Shown here in pieces: positions 10,801 to 19,036 of a stretch of DNA of 64,000 nucleotides (the first letter of the stretch is position 1; each line of letters starts with the position of its first letter). The position numbers and the translations under genes are program-made. Source of the stretch: Deltaproteobacteria bacterium (GTDB lineage Bacteria; Desulfobacterota; Dissulfuribacteria; Dissulfuribacterales; QOAL01); assembly GCA_027067775.1 (NCBI GenBank), contig JAMOVK010000150.1, positions 11,564-75,563 of the forward strand, read 5' to 3'. The notes beneath the pieces were generated by a model. The model saw nothing but the letters and a program-made list of their open reading frames with translations, ran no database searches and had not been told where the DNA came from.

Positions 10801-11886
10801 GGCATAGGGCAGATTAAGGCCGTTTGCCTCCATCTGTTTGAGTCCATCGGTCCACATCTTCATCATTTCACCGACATTTTTGGCAGGAAGCTTTGCAAGA
10901 GCCATCATAGCGGTTGGTCTTCCCATTCTTTGTGCCGGATCTGTATAGTTGAGGACCGATTCGTTGGTTAGGCCATCTGACAGGGGCATACCCAGGGAAA
11001 TCTTGGTCACAGAACCGTTTTGCCTCTGGGCAAATATCATCAGTCTAGGCCTAAACGGCTGGGCCTTTAGGCCGTCAGCAGCATGTAGGGTATAGGGGCT
11101 TTCAGGGTCTATATGGCAAAGAAGGCAATCGGCCTCCATGACACCGGTCTTGTTCCAGTCAACCCTTTGGGGATCTCCAATGGTGCTCATGGTCTGAGAA
11201 ATGGAGCCTGGGCTCAAAAGCGCCTGTGTTATTGTGTTTGATCCGTATGAGTAAAAATCTCTGTCATAGCTGTGAACCGGAGTGAGAGAAGGGTCGTCAA
11301 AGGGTGTAACAGTACCGTCACTTTGGACTATCCCTTCTGCAGGCCCACCACCAGGATGGCATGAAGAGCACGTGGCCATCTGGTCAGCCATGCCCTGATC
11401 AAAAAAGTATGGTTTACCTTCACTGGTAAATGGATCCCTAAGACTTCCCCTTTCGCTCTTAGCCGCCACCTGGCGGTAAGAGGGGGGTCACCATGCACCT
11501 AGCTGGCCCGGGCTCAAAAGATGTCCATAGGCGTTTGCAAGGTACTTATAAAGGGTGCCGTCGTTTTCCTTGTCTGACCAATGATCGTTTATGATTTCAC
11601 CATTTCTTCCAACTCCCTCCCTAAAATGGTAGGCCTTTGTTACTGCGTTGTAATCATGGCACTTGCCACATGTCTGCTTTGGGCTGTAGGCAGGACCAGC
11701 CTTGTATACAGAGCCATTGGCAGCGGTTATGGTGTCCGATGAGCTAAGCTGGCCTATAATAGGTTTGCCATTTCTGTCCAGCAGCTGTACTGCTGGATGT
11801 GAAAAGGCGACCTGTGGCAGCAGCAAGGCTCCTAATAGTAGCAGGGTCCACACCAGTGTGGTGGTCTTAGCCGGTTTGCGAGTCAT
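7867..11886 (-). CDS. Giant octaheme c-type cytochrome, predicted selenoprotein (about 1,339 aa, Sec at residue 133 encoded by TGA 11488-11490)
   Basis: Track ORFs 11488..12000 and 7867..11469 share one frame, separated by TGA plus six sense codons (PPSYRQ). The N-terminal part has SD AGGAGG (11895-11900), ATG 11886, signal peptide MTRKPAKTTTLVWTLLLLGALLLPQVAFS and CGKCH. The C-terminal part has 7 CxxCH (CSSCH, CLLCH, CGQCH, CGSCH, CESCH, CQTCH, CYDCH) but no signal peptide or SD of its own. If there is no read-through, this is two ORFs or a pseudogene. Confidence 0.6.
11456..11490 (-). other. UGA codon plus SECIS-like stem-loop (selenocysteine recoding signal)
   Basis: The mRNA reads UGA-CCCCC-CU-CUUA-CCGCC[AGGU]GGCGG-(C)-UAAG-AG. 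That gives about 11 bp with one bulged C and an apical loop containing GGU that starts 18 nt after the UGA. The E. coli fdhF SECIS places its GGU about 19 nt after the UGA. Confidence 0.5.
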
Positions 11887-11969
11887 TATTAAACCTCCTG
11901 AAATTTTTAAGCCTCTTAAAAAACATTCCCTAAACGCCCTCCCTTGATAGGACAGGACTAAAATCTCTT

Positions 11970-12878
11970 TTACTTTCTCAAGATGACATTCTGATGACAC
12001 TGCTTACATTCTGCCGTTGTGTGGCATACGTTGCAGCTTCTGAAGTTGTGCTTGGCCGCTTCGGCATGGCCGTTTTCCTTTGTATATGCCATCCAGTCGC
12101 CCCTTGCATGGGATACAGGTTTTTGACTTCTGTGACAGTCAGAGCAATAGGATGCAGGATGACAAACAGCGCACAGTCTGCGGTCATGGGTTGCATCTTG
12201 ACCATGCTGGGTGGTCTTCCAGTTAAAGATGTGATCTTTTGGTTTTTGGGTCTGGTGACAGTCATTACAAAATCTTTTTGGATTGTCGTGGCAGAATTCG
12301 CATGATCTGTCAAAACGGCTTGCCGGCCCATGCTGCATTGCCCAGTCTCCATGATGATTTTCAGGTGGGATCTCTTTGCGTACCTTTGTATGACATACCT
12401 CGCAATCTATGGGAGCATCATCTCCGTTATGACACTTTTTGCAGGTGAACATGTCAGGCCATTCGATTTCAGACAGCCTGTCTTGCTTGTCTATGTCCTT
12501 GTGGCAGGTACTGCATTCCACATCTTCATGGGCCTCATGGGTGAAAATAAGGTCATGGTAACTTCTCGGTTTCTCAGGTACGGCTTCTTCCACTGTATAG
12601 TCATTCATCGAGCTTTTTAAAGTATGGCACATGAGGCAGTCATCAGAAGGGTTGTCAAGATCTATATCGTGGCATTCAGAACATTTGTCCATGGAAGGAT
12701 TTTCCATTTTGCCATCCTTGCCTGCCTCATGGCAGTCGGCACATTTCATCTCATTGTCCACAACATGGAGCTCGTGATTGAACTTGAGACTGCCTTCTTC
12801 CTTTTTGCATCCTGAAAGAACCAGAGCAACAGCGGCCAAAAGGGCCAATATAATAGTGAGTGGTTTTATCCTCTTCAT
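11970..12878 (-). CDS. Dodecaheme c-type cytochrome lipoprotein
   Basis: 302 aa. Lipobox LVLSGC. I count 12 CxxCH motifs: CADCH, CSECH, CLMCH, CSTCH, CKKCH, CEVCH, CEFCH, CNDCH, CAVCH, CSDCH, CNVCH, CKQCH. Very high heme density, c3/c7-like. Confidence 0.88.
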   Translation of the reverse strand: MKRIKPLTIILALLAAVALVLSGCKKEEGSLKFNHELHVVDNEMKCADCHEAGKDGKMENPSMDKCSECHDIDLDNPSDDCLMCHTLKSSMNDYTVEEAVPEKPRSYHDLIFTHEAHEDVECSTCHKDIDKQDRLSEIEWPDMFTCKKCHNGDDAPIDCEVCHTKVRKEIPPENHHGDWAMQHGPASRFDRSCEFCHDNPKRFCNDCHQTQKPKDHIFNWKTTQHGQDATHDRRLCAVCHPASYCSDCHRSQKPVSHARGDWMAYTKENGHAEAAKHNFRSCNVCHTTAECKQCHQNVILRK

Positions 12879-12911
12879 ATCCTTATCCCCTGCAAAGATT
12901 GTTCTTAACCC

Positions 12912-14321
12912 TTAAAATTTCACATAAACGGTTGCCGTTAAGCTGTTTATGTCGCTAACGCCAAATTCTTTGTAATAGTCATCACGCTCGTACTCGTATT
13001 TCAATTCTGCCCATTTGTTTTCGTCCATGCGATAGCGTATGGCTCCGTAGTAATTGTTGGCAGCCTCGTTTTCAATGAGACTGTTTACATCCTCTGTTTT
13101 GAAATAATAACCTCCAGAGATCTCCCATCTGTCAAAAAGTTCTTGGTGTATGTTTGCAAAAACAGAGATCGAGTTGGCTTCGTAGTAGGTATCCCGATTT
13201 TCCCACCACTTGGTTATTCCAATGGAACAGTGAAAACCCTCAAGATGTAGCCATTCGTTGATGTTGATACCTGCGGTCCAGCTGATGAAGTCAGTGGTAT
13301 AAAGGTCTTCATCATCGCTGGAGGCAAGCTTTCTAATGCTTAATCTGGAAAAGATCGCCAAGCCCTCCTGGGTGGGAATGGCCTGGCTTATGGACAGGTC
13401 AAACTGATTGTATGCCCTCTCCCTGGCTAGGTACAGCTTTCTTATGTCTTTGCCAAGGTCCTTTTCTGGTGACTGCCAATCAAAAATGAATTCGGAATCA
13501 TGCTCGTTTTCAAAATTTCTATAGTATTTAAAACCTATGGTGGTTCCTGTCTTGTCGATATCACCCACCACATTAAAAAAGGCGTAACGGGCATGGTTGT
13601 TTATGAAGGCTCCATGTGCATCCATTCTAAGATTTTCATACGGACGCCAGTCTGCATAAAGAGTCCATGAATTTTCCTTGTAAAAACTTGAGTCAGCATG
13701 AATAACCAGATCCTTGACCGGATAGAACTCTAGATTGAGTCCGGCTATTCCATCTCTTCTAAGATTGGCAAACGGCTGAGATACCATTCCGCCGTATATC
13801 TCAAAACTTAGCCAATCAAGATGTAAGGGCCTGTCACCGCGAAGCCACAGTCCGTCTAGCTGAATGTTCTCGTCAACGCCAAATACATACTGGCGTCCTA
13901 TTCGTATGTCATAGTCCTGGATAAGCTCTGTAAATTCCAGGTAACCATAGTAGAGCATCAGCTGCTGCCTGTTGTCACCACAGGCATCGATATAATCCTG
14001 AAAGATGGAACCTTCTGGGGTGCCGTCCAGATCTTTTCTGTATCTTCCGAGGAAATTGAAGCTGACACCCTTTTCCCGCCAGTCCCAATTCACTCCCACC
14101 TGTTCTTCAAAGTCCTGGTCACTGGAATCATTGGGGACCATGAACCTGTCAGGAGGAGTGGACCATTTGACCTGATACTGAGTCCTGCTCGTGATGTTAA
14201 GCGTACCATAGGGTAGGTCCATTTCCGCCAATACCGGAACCGCAGCCAAAAGTAGAAAGATTAAAAAGATAGGAACAAACCCTGCCCGAAAACCTTGAGT
14301 AACTCCCTTTTGTTTTTTCAT
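12912..14321 (-). CDS. Outer-membrane beta-barrel (porin-like) protein
   Basis: 469 aa. Signal peptide (...LLLAAVPVLA/EM), Tyr/Trp/Asp/Asn-rich alternating segments and a C-terminal ...TATVYVKF (terminal Phe), typical of OM barrels. It is the first gene of the cytochrome operon. Confidence 0.6.
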   Translation of the reverse strand: MKKQKGVTQGFRAGFVPIFLIFLLLAAVPVLAEMDLPYGTLNITSRTQYQVKWSTPPDRFMVPNDSSDQDFEEQVGVNWDWREKGVSFNFLGRYRKDLDGTPEGSIFQDYIDACGDNRQQLMLYYGYLEFTELIQDYDIRIGRQYVFGVDENIQLDGLWLRGDRPLHLDWLSFEIYGGMVSQPFANLRRDGIAGLNLEFYPVKDLVIHADSSFYKENSWTLYADWRPYENLRMDAHGAFINNHARYAFFNVVGDIDKTGTTIGFKYYRNFENEHDSEFIFDWQSPEKDLGKDIRKLYLARERAYNQFDLSISQAIPTQEGLAIFSRLSIRKLASSDDEDLYTTDFISWTAGININEWLHLEGFHCSIGITKWWENRDTYYEANSISVFANIHQELFDRWEISGGYYFKTEDVNSLIENEAANNYYGAIRYRMDENKWAELKYEYERDDYYKEFGVSDINSLTATVYVKF

Positions 14322-14435
14322 AATTCCCTAACCATCCACATCTTTTTTGCTAAATTGCTGAAAATTCCCCTTTTTTCAGCGATGCCACCAAAATAAATTA
14401 CATTTACATAGGGCCAATAAACACTCTTGCTTTTC

Positions 14436-14453
14436 GATTATGAATAATCATTC
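14436..14453. promoter_or_regulatory. Fur-box-like AT-rich inverted repeat upstream of the porin-cytochrome operon
   Basis: GATTATGAATAATCATTC contains the 9-mer ATAATCATT, identical to the core of the E. coli Fur consensus GATAATGATAATCATTATC, but with a 1-nt insertion. It lies about 115 nt upstream of the porin start. Confidence 0.2.
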
Positions 14454-14625
14454 ACGAAGTTCTTTAACTCGATGTGACCGATATGTCAAAAGGAGTTTGT
14501 TTATTAATAATGGTGATTTTTCCATAAGAATGCCAAATTTTTTGATTTTTTCTCAAAATAACTTGCAAAAGCTCATATTAGAGATATGAAAAAATATGTA
14601 TGGAAAAAATCAGCATTAAAGGGAA

Positions 14626-16809
14626 TTAAACGGACTTATTCTTTTCTTTTTGATGTGAAGAAAGTACCGATCTGATTACTGGTACTATTTCCGAGAACTT
14701 GAAGGGTTTGTGAACTACACGGCTAACACCGAGCTCTCTCACCTTTGAAAGATCTTCTTTGTCAAAATATCCTGTACATATGATTATTGCCACATCCAGT
14801 TCTGGAAAGAGTTTATTGAACTGTTCTAGGAATTTCATTCCCCCCATGCCTGGCATGTTTAGATCTAGCAGGATGAGCCTTAACGAATCTCCTCGTTCCC
14901 TTATGAATTCTATGGCGGCTTCTGCGCTTTCTGCTGTTTCCACCTGGTAACCTACCTGTTCCAGCATATTTTTACCAATATCCCTTATCTGTTCCTCATC
15001 ATCTACCAATAGGATCAGTTCGTTACTGGCATCCATGGGTTCGGTTTCCGGCAGGCCTGTTATAACATGTTCCTTTAGATCTTGGCATGCGGGCAGATAA
15101 ACTGAAAAGACAGTTCCTTTTCCTGGCTGGCTGGTACATGAGATAAATCCTTGGTGATCCTTCACAATGCCATAGACTATGGAAAGTCCAAGGCCCGTGC
15201 CCTTGCCCTTTTCTTTAGTGGTAAAAAAGGGCTCAAAAATCCTGTCCTTTAGCTCGGGCGGTATTCCCTGGCCTGTATCAGCAATTTTTATGCACACGTA
15301 CTCCTGGTCTGACTTATCACACAAATCCTGAGAAAGCTTCTTTATGTCATCTGGCACCTGCTTGGTCTTGAAGGTGGATATCTCTAATCTTCCCCCCTCC
15401 GGCATGGCATCTCTGGCGTTTATGCAAAGATTTAGCAACACCTGTTCAAACTTTACCGGGTCTGCGTATATGCAACCCGCATCTGCTGAGAGTCTGAGAT
15501 CAATAGTAATCATCTTGGGAATGACCCTGTGAAGAAGTCTTGTAAGAGATACTATCTGAGAATTTACATCCAACACCTCCTTTTTGCTTTCATCTTTTCT
15601 TGCAAAGATAAGGAGCTGTCTGGCTACCATGGAAGCCCGGCCGATAGTCTTTTCTATTTGGCCAAGATAATAATGTATTTTGGACCCCTTTTCTGCTAGT
15701 TGCAGGCCCATCTGGACATACCCCGAAACTATTTGAAAGACGTTGTTCAGATCATGGGCCACCCCTCCTGCCATTACTCCAATGGCTTCCATCTTCTGGG
15801 ATTGTATCAACTCGTTTTCCATCTGTTTTCTAGCAGTAACATCCCTTAGAAAGAGTACAGAAGCAGGCTCTTTTTGAATCTTGATTGGAACTAGTGTGTA
15901 TTCGAACCATCTTTTGGAATGTTTATCTATCTCTAGTTCTATTTCCTGATTGATAGTGCTTTTACCCGATGATATGGCCTCCGAGTATGCCTTGCTGATA
16001 GCTTCCCTCATATTTTGAGGAAGTTGCTCCATGATTTCTTCATCTTTTGGCATGATGCCTATGCTGGTTAATATCTCTCTTGCTCTGGGATTGTAAAATG
16101 TCACCTTTCCTTTACTTATAATCAGTATACCTTCCTTGGCATTATTGACTACAGATGCGTAACGGGATTCTGATTCCTCTACATTTTCTTGTAATTGAGT
16201 TGCATATTGCCTAAGGCATTCTTCAGCCTTTATTAATTTTTTTCTGCCAAGAAATTCCTCAAATCGTTTTTTATAATTAAAAAAGGAGGCGGTTAGCAAT
16301 ATGGTAAGACAGGAGAGCAAAAATATATTGTTTACCACAAAAAGTTTTGAGACTTGACTGTCTTTAGATGCAAATATAGCGATTATGTATATAATATAAA
16401 GGATAGCTACGTGAAAGAGATGGCACTTCGTTTCAAAGGGTACTATGGAAATGAAGCCAGTAAATACTAACAGGAGGCCGGCATAATATGGTGTTTCAAA
16501 CCCGTTTACATCCCTAATCATCATTATTATGCATATGCCAACTACATAGTAACCAAGTATTCCTATTATTTTTGAAATATGAAAACTTCTGCTTCTAAGA
16601 TTGAGATAAAAAAGCAAGGCTGCAAGCGTAGCGGCCCCCAGGCGATAGTATAGAAATCTACGGAAGTATTCAGGATAATAGTAATAGTCTACCCAGGAAA
16701 AGGCAGGGACCAGGATAATGATAAGGATTAAACCTATCCCCACTGTCTTTTTTAAGACAGGAAAGAGGTCGTCTTCGAATTCTTTTTTGAATCTGGAGTA
16801 GTTCTTCAA
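14626..16809 (-). CDS. Hybrid sensor histidine kinase (multi-TM sensor, PAS, HisKA, HATPase, C-terminal receiver)
   Basis: 727 aa with about 6 N-terminal TM helices. H-box [13 protein letters not shown]-box [13 protein letters not shown]-boxes DTGQGI and GTGLGLS. The receiver is ILLVDDEEQ...[12 protein letters not shown]...K. Confidence 0.88.
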   Translation of the reverse strand: MKNYSRFKKEFEDDLFPVLKKTVGIGLILIIILVPAFSWVDYYYYPEYFRRFLYYRLGAATLAALLFYLNLRSRSFHISKIIGILGYYVVGICIIMMIRDVNGFETPYYAGLLLVFTGFISIVPFETKCHLFHVAILYIIYIIAIFASKDSQVSKLFVVNNIFLLSCLTILLTASFFNYKKRFEEFLGRKKLIKAEECLRQYATQLQENVEESESRYASVVNNAKEGILIISKGKVTFYNPRAREILTSIGIMPKDEEIMEQLPQNMREAISKAYSEAISSGKSTINQEIELEIDKHSKRWFEYTLVPIKIQKEPASVLFLRDVTARKQMENELIQSQKMEAIGVMAGGVAHDLNNVFQIVSGYVQMGLQLAEKGSKIHYYLGQIEKTIGRASMVARQLLIFARKDESKKEVLDVNSQIVSLTRLLHRVIPKMITIDLRLSADAGCIYADPVKFEQVLLNLCINARDAMPEGGRLEISTFKTKQVPDDIKKLSQDLCDKSDQEYVCIKIADTGQGIPPELKDRIFEPFFTTKEKGKGTGLGLSIVYGIVKDHQGFISCTSQPGKGTVFSVYLPACQDLKEHVITGLPETEPMDASNELILLVDDEEQIRDIGKNMLEQVGYQVETAESAEAAIEFIRERGDSLRLILLDLNMPGMGGMKFLEQFNKLFPELDVAIIICTGYFDKEDLSKVRELGVSRVVHKPFKFSEIVPVIRSVLSSHQKEKNKSV

Positions 16810-16830
16810 ATGCAGGGATTCCTTTGGAAG

Positions 16831-18384
16831 CTATGCCTCCTTCCTGCCAACCGCAAACAGGTTGACTCCTTCTCTTTCGTGAAAGACCTCCACTGAACTA
16901 CTAAAACCTCCGGCTTCAAAAAGCCTTTTCAGGTCTTGCTCGTCTCTATGAATAAGTTTCCATTGCAAGATGTGATCCATCCATGCCTTATTGGGATTGT
17001 GTACAGAAAAGTTACTGAGAACCAATACCCCTCCAGGCTTTAGATGTTCCCAGGCCCTTTTGACCAGGGCAGTAAACAGACGGTCATCTAAGTAATCTGT
17101 CAACCCTGCAGAATAAACGATATCTTGTTGTCCAAAGTCTTGTTTAGACCTCCTAAGTGACCATTTTATCACGTTTTCCTGCATAAGCATAATCCTTGCC
17201 TCATGCTTGAAGACATCCACATTTTCTGCCGTAAAGGTCAGGGCGTCCTTGTCAGCATCTATGCAGAGAGCCTCTACCATGTTTGTGGCATTGAACCTGG
17301 CAAGAAAGTCAAAGAGTTCCCTGTTGGAACCACATGCAAGATTCATGATTTTTATCCTGTCTTCATGCCCGCCTTGCTCATTAAGCCTTGTCGTTACCTC
17401 TTTTTCCAAAATACTAGATAGAAGCCTTCTCCTCTCCCGTACGGCCCTAGCTGGAGGTGTATCCAGACAGTATTTGTCTATCAGTATTCCCAGATCCCCG
17501 TCTCCGTCAGGCGTGTTTGCATAAATGGCTTCCATCATTAGAAAATCTCCTGCATATCCCTTGGGTTTGAAGTAGGCCCTCTGAGCAAATCGGCTTCTCA
17601 TAAAATAGGGGAAAATCTCTTTAAATACATACCCCCAGATATATTCAAGGATCTCGTCATCTGCTTTTTCATAACGGGAGAGCCGTTCTATATAGGAATC
17701 GAATTCGTCAATCAGCCTCTTGACCCGCGGATAACATGCATCAAAGAGTTGTGTTTTTTCACAGTTCTGGACATCATTAGCTATCTCATACATGACCCCT
17801 TTAAACATCTCTACCCTATCATTTACCTGTCTCCATAATCCGTCTTTAAAGACATGATCTGGTACTGGTTTAACTTCTTTAAAAAGAGGTATTCTCCCGT
17901 TTGATAAAAAGGCGGAGTAGCTGTTTAATGGCCTGGATTCTGCGGCCACTTGTCGAAATTTTCCACATATGGACAGGCTTATCAAATATAGGATATCTCC
18001 AAAAAGTGTTGGATTTTCCTTACGCAATTTAAGGAGCTGATCCTTAGAAAGCCTAAGAAGGGTTGAATCTTGACTGGCTCTTATATTGCGCACCCTGCTG
18101 ATGCCATCTATGAAGCCTACTTCACCAAAAAATTCTCCCTGGCCTATCAGGGCTACAATAATCTGGGTACCTTGTTCTTCGTATGAGACTTCTACCCGGC
18201 CTTTTTGTACATAGTAGAGACTGTTTTCATCAGCCTTGACATCCAGTTGTTGGTCTTTTTGATAGGATTCATTGGAAAGATATGGCGCAAGCTGTAAAAG
18301 TATGTCTTCTTGGGTATCCACAAAGGTCTCCAGAGCATTGGCAGACTTGGGTTGCATAAGGTTTAGCTCCATATCTCTCTCCAT
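16831..18384 (-). CDS. Cyclic-nucleotide-binding domain fused to a class I SAM-dependent methyltransferase (PhcB-like family)
   Basis: 517 aa. The cNMP motif is GEFFGEVGFIDGISRVRNIRA. The C-terminal half has KPKGYAGDF...IDKYC and the SAM motif IMNLACGSNRELFD...DIVYSAGLTDYL...GGVLVLSNF. This resembles proteins annotated as extracellular factor 3-hydroxypalmitate methyl ester biosynthesis protein (recollection). Confidence 0.7.
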   Translation of the reverse strand: MERDMELNLMQPKSANALETFVDTQEDILLQLAPYLSNESYQKDQQLDVKADENSLYYVQKGRVEVSYEEQGTQIIVALIGQGEFFGEVGFIDGISRVRNIRASQDSTLLRLSKDQLLKLRKENPTLFGDILYLISLSICGKFRQVAAESRPLNSYSAFLSNGRIPLFKEVKPVPDHVFKDGLWRQVNDRVEMFKGVMYEIANDVQNCEKTQLFDACYPRVKRLIDEFDSYIERLSRYEKADDEILEYIWGYVFKEIFPYFMRSRFAQRAYFKPKGYAGDFLMMEAIYANTPDGDGDLGILIDKYCLDTPPARAVRERRRLLSSILEKEVTTRLNEQGGHEDRIKIMNLACGSNRELFDFLARFNATNMVEALCIDADKDALTFTAENVDVFKHEARIMLMQENVIKWSLRRSKQDFGQQDIVYSAGLTDYLDDRLFTALVKRAWEHLKPGGVLVLSNFSVHNPNKAWMDHILQWKLIHRDEQDLKRLFEAGGFSSSVEVFHEREGVNLFAVGRKEA

Positions 18385-19036
18385 TTCACTATATAATCTA
18401 AAAGCATTTTTTGTTTCTGGGTCATATAGATGCCTATGAAGTAACCTGGCGGTTGCTTAGTCAGACTTATTTTTAATTATCGGAATGTTAGGGTAAAAAC
18501 TGGAGGCGGAGATAAGTGTCAGATAATAGTCTATTTGGTTTGGTGGCAAGGAAACCAGACTTCATGAAACTGCATTTGTTGTCAAATGTTTTTACGGAGG
18601 AATTTTCTTAAAAAGATGTTTCGTTTCTAAGGGACAATGCCCGTTGCCTCATTTTATCTCAAGTTTCATGTAGTCTGTATTGGCCCAGTAAAATGGTCAC
18701 AAGTTTTTGAGCGACTTTTTTCTTCTGAATTCCTGTTCAACATTCATAGGGCTTGTTTATTCTATGAATAGAATATCCTGGAAATGCATTGGAAAGGGAG
18801 GTGCAATTCAACGCTTCCTGCTACCAATTCGGCATTTCTAAAACTGTAATGAGTGATAGGTAGTTGAAAGTGGCCTGTAATATCGTATGGGGTGCTTGGA
18901 TATAAAAGAAATAAATAATGATAATTGATTTTCTGCTGCCGGGCCAATGTTCAACTAGAGGATATTATGGTAATCTTTTGACTGTATTTTGAATTTTTCA
19001 GTTTCTGATTTTTTATATTTAATTGGATTTCAGGTT

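Noticed and set aside
11887-12000. Track start at 12000 for the 170-aa ORF (MSSECHLEKV...)
   Set aside because: It would overlap the 3' end of the dodecaheme gene by 31 nt and place 38 non-signal residues before the signal peptide. ATG 11886 has AGGAGG 8 nt upstream and starts directly with a canonical signal peptide.
11978-12352. Alternative-frame ORFs inside the dodecaheme gene (11978..12352 minus; 11994..12305, 12330..12620 and others plus)
   Set aside because: The frame with 12 regularly spaced CxxCH motifs and a lipobox is clearly the real one. The others are overlapping shadows without motifs.
18762-18947. 61-aa minus-strand ORF in the long intergenic gap
   Set aside because: It has no SD and an implausible composition (Tyr/His/Phe/Leu-rich from AT-rich DNA). 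It overlaps the hairpin structures that explain the region better.
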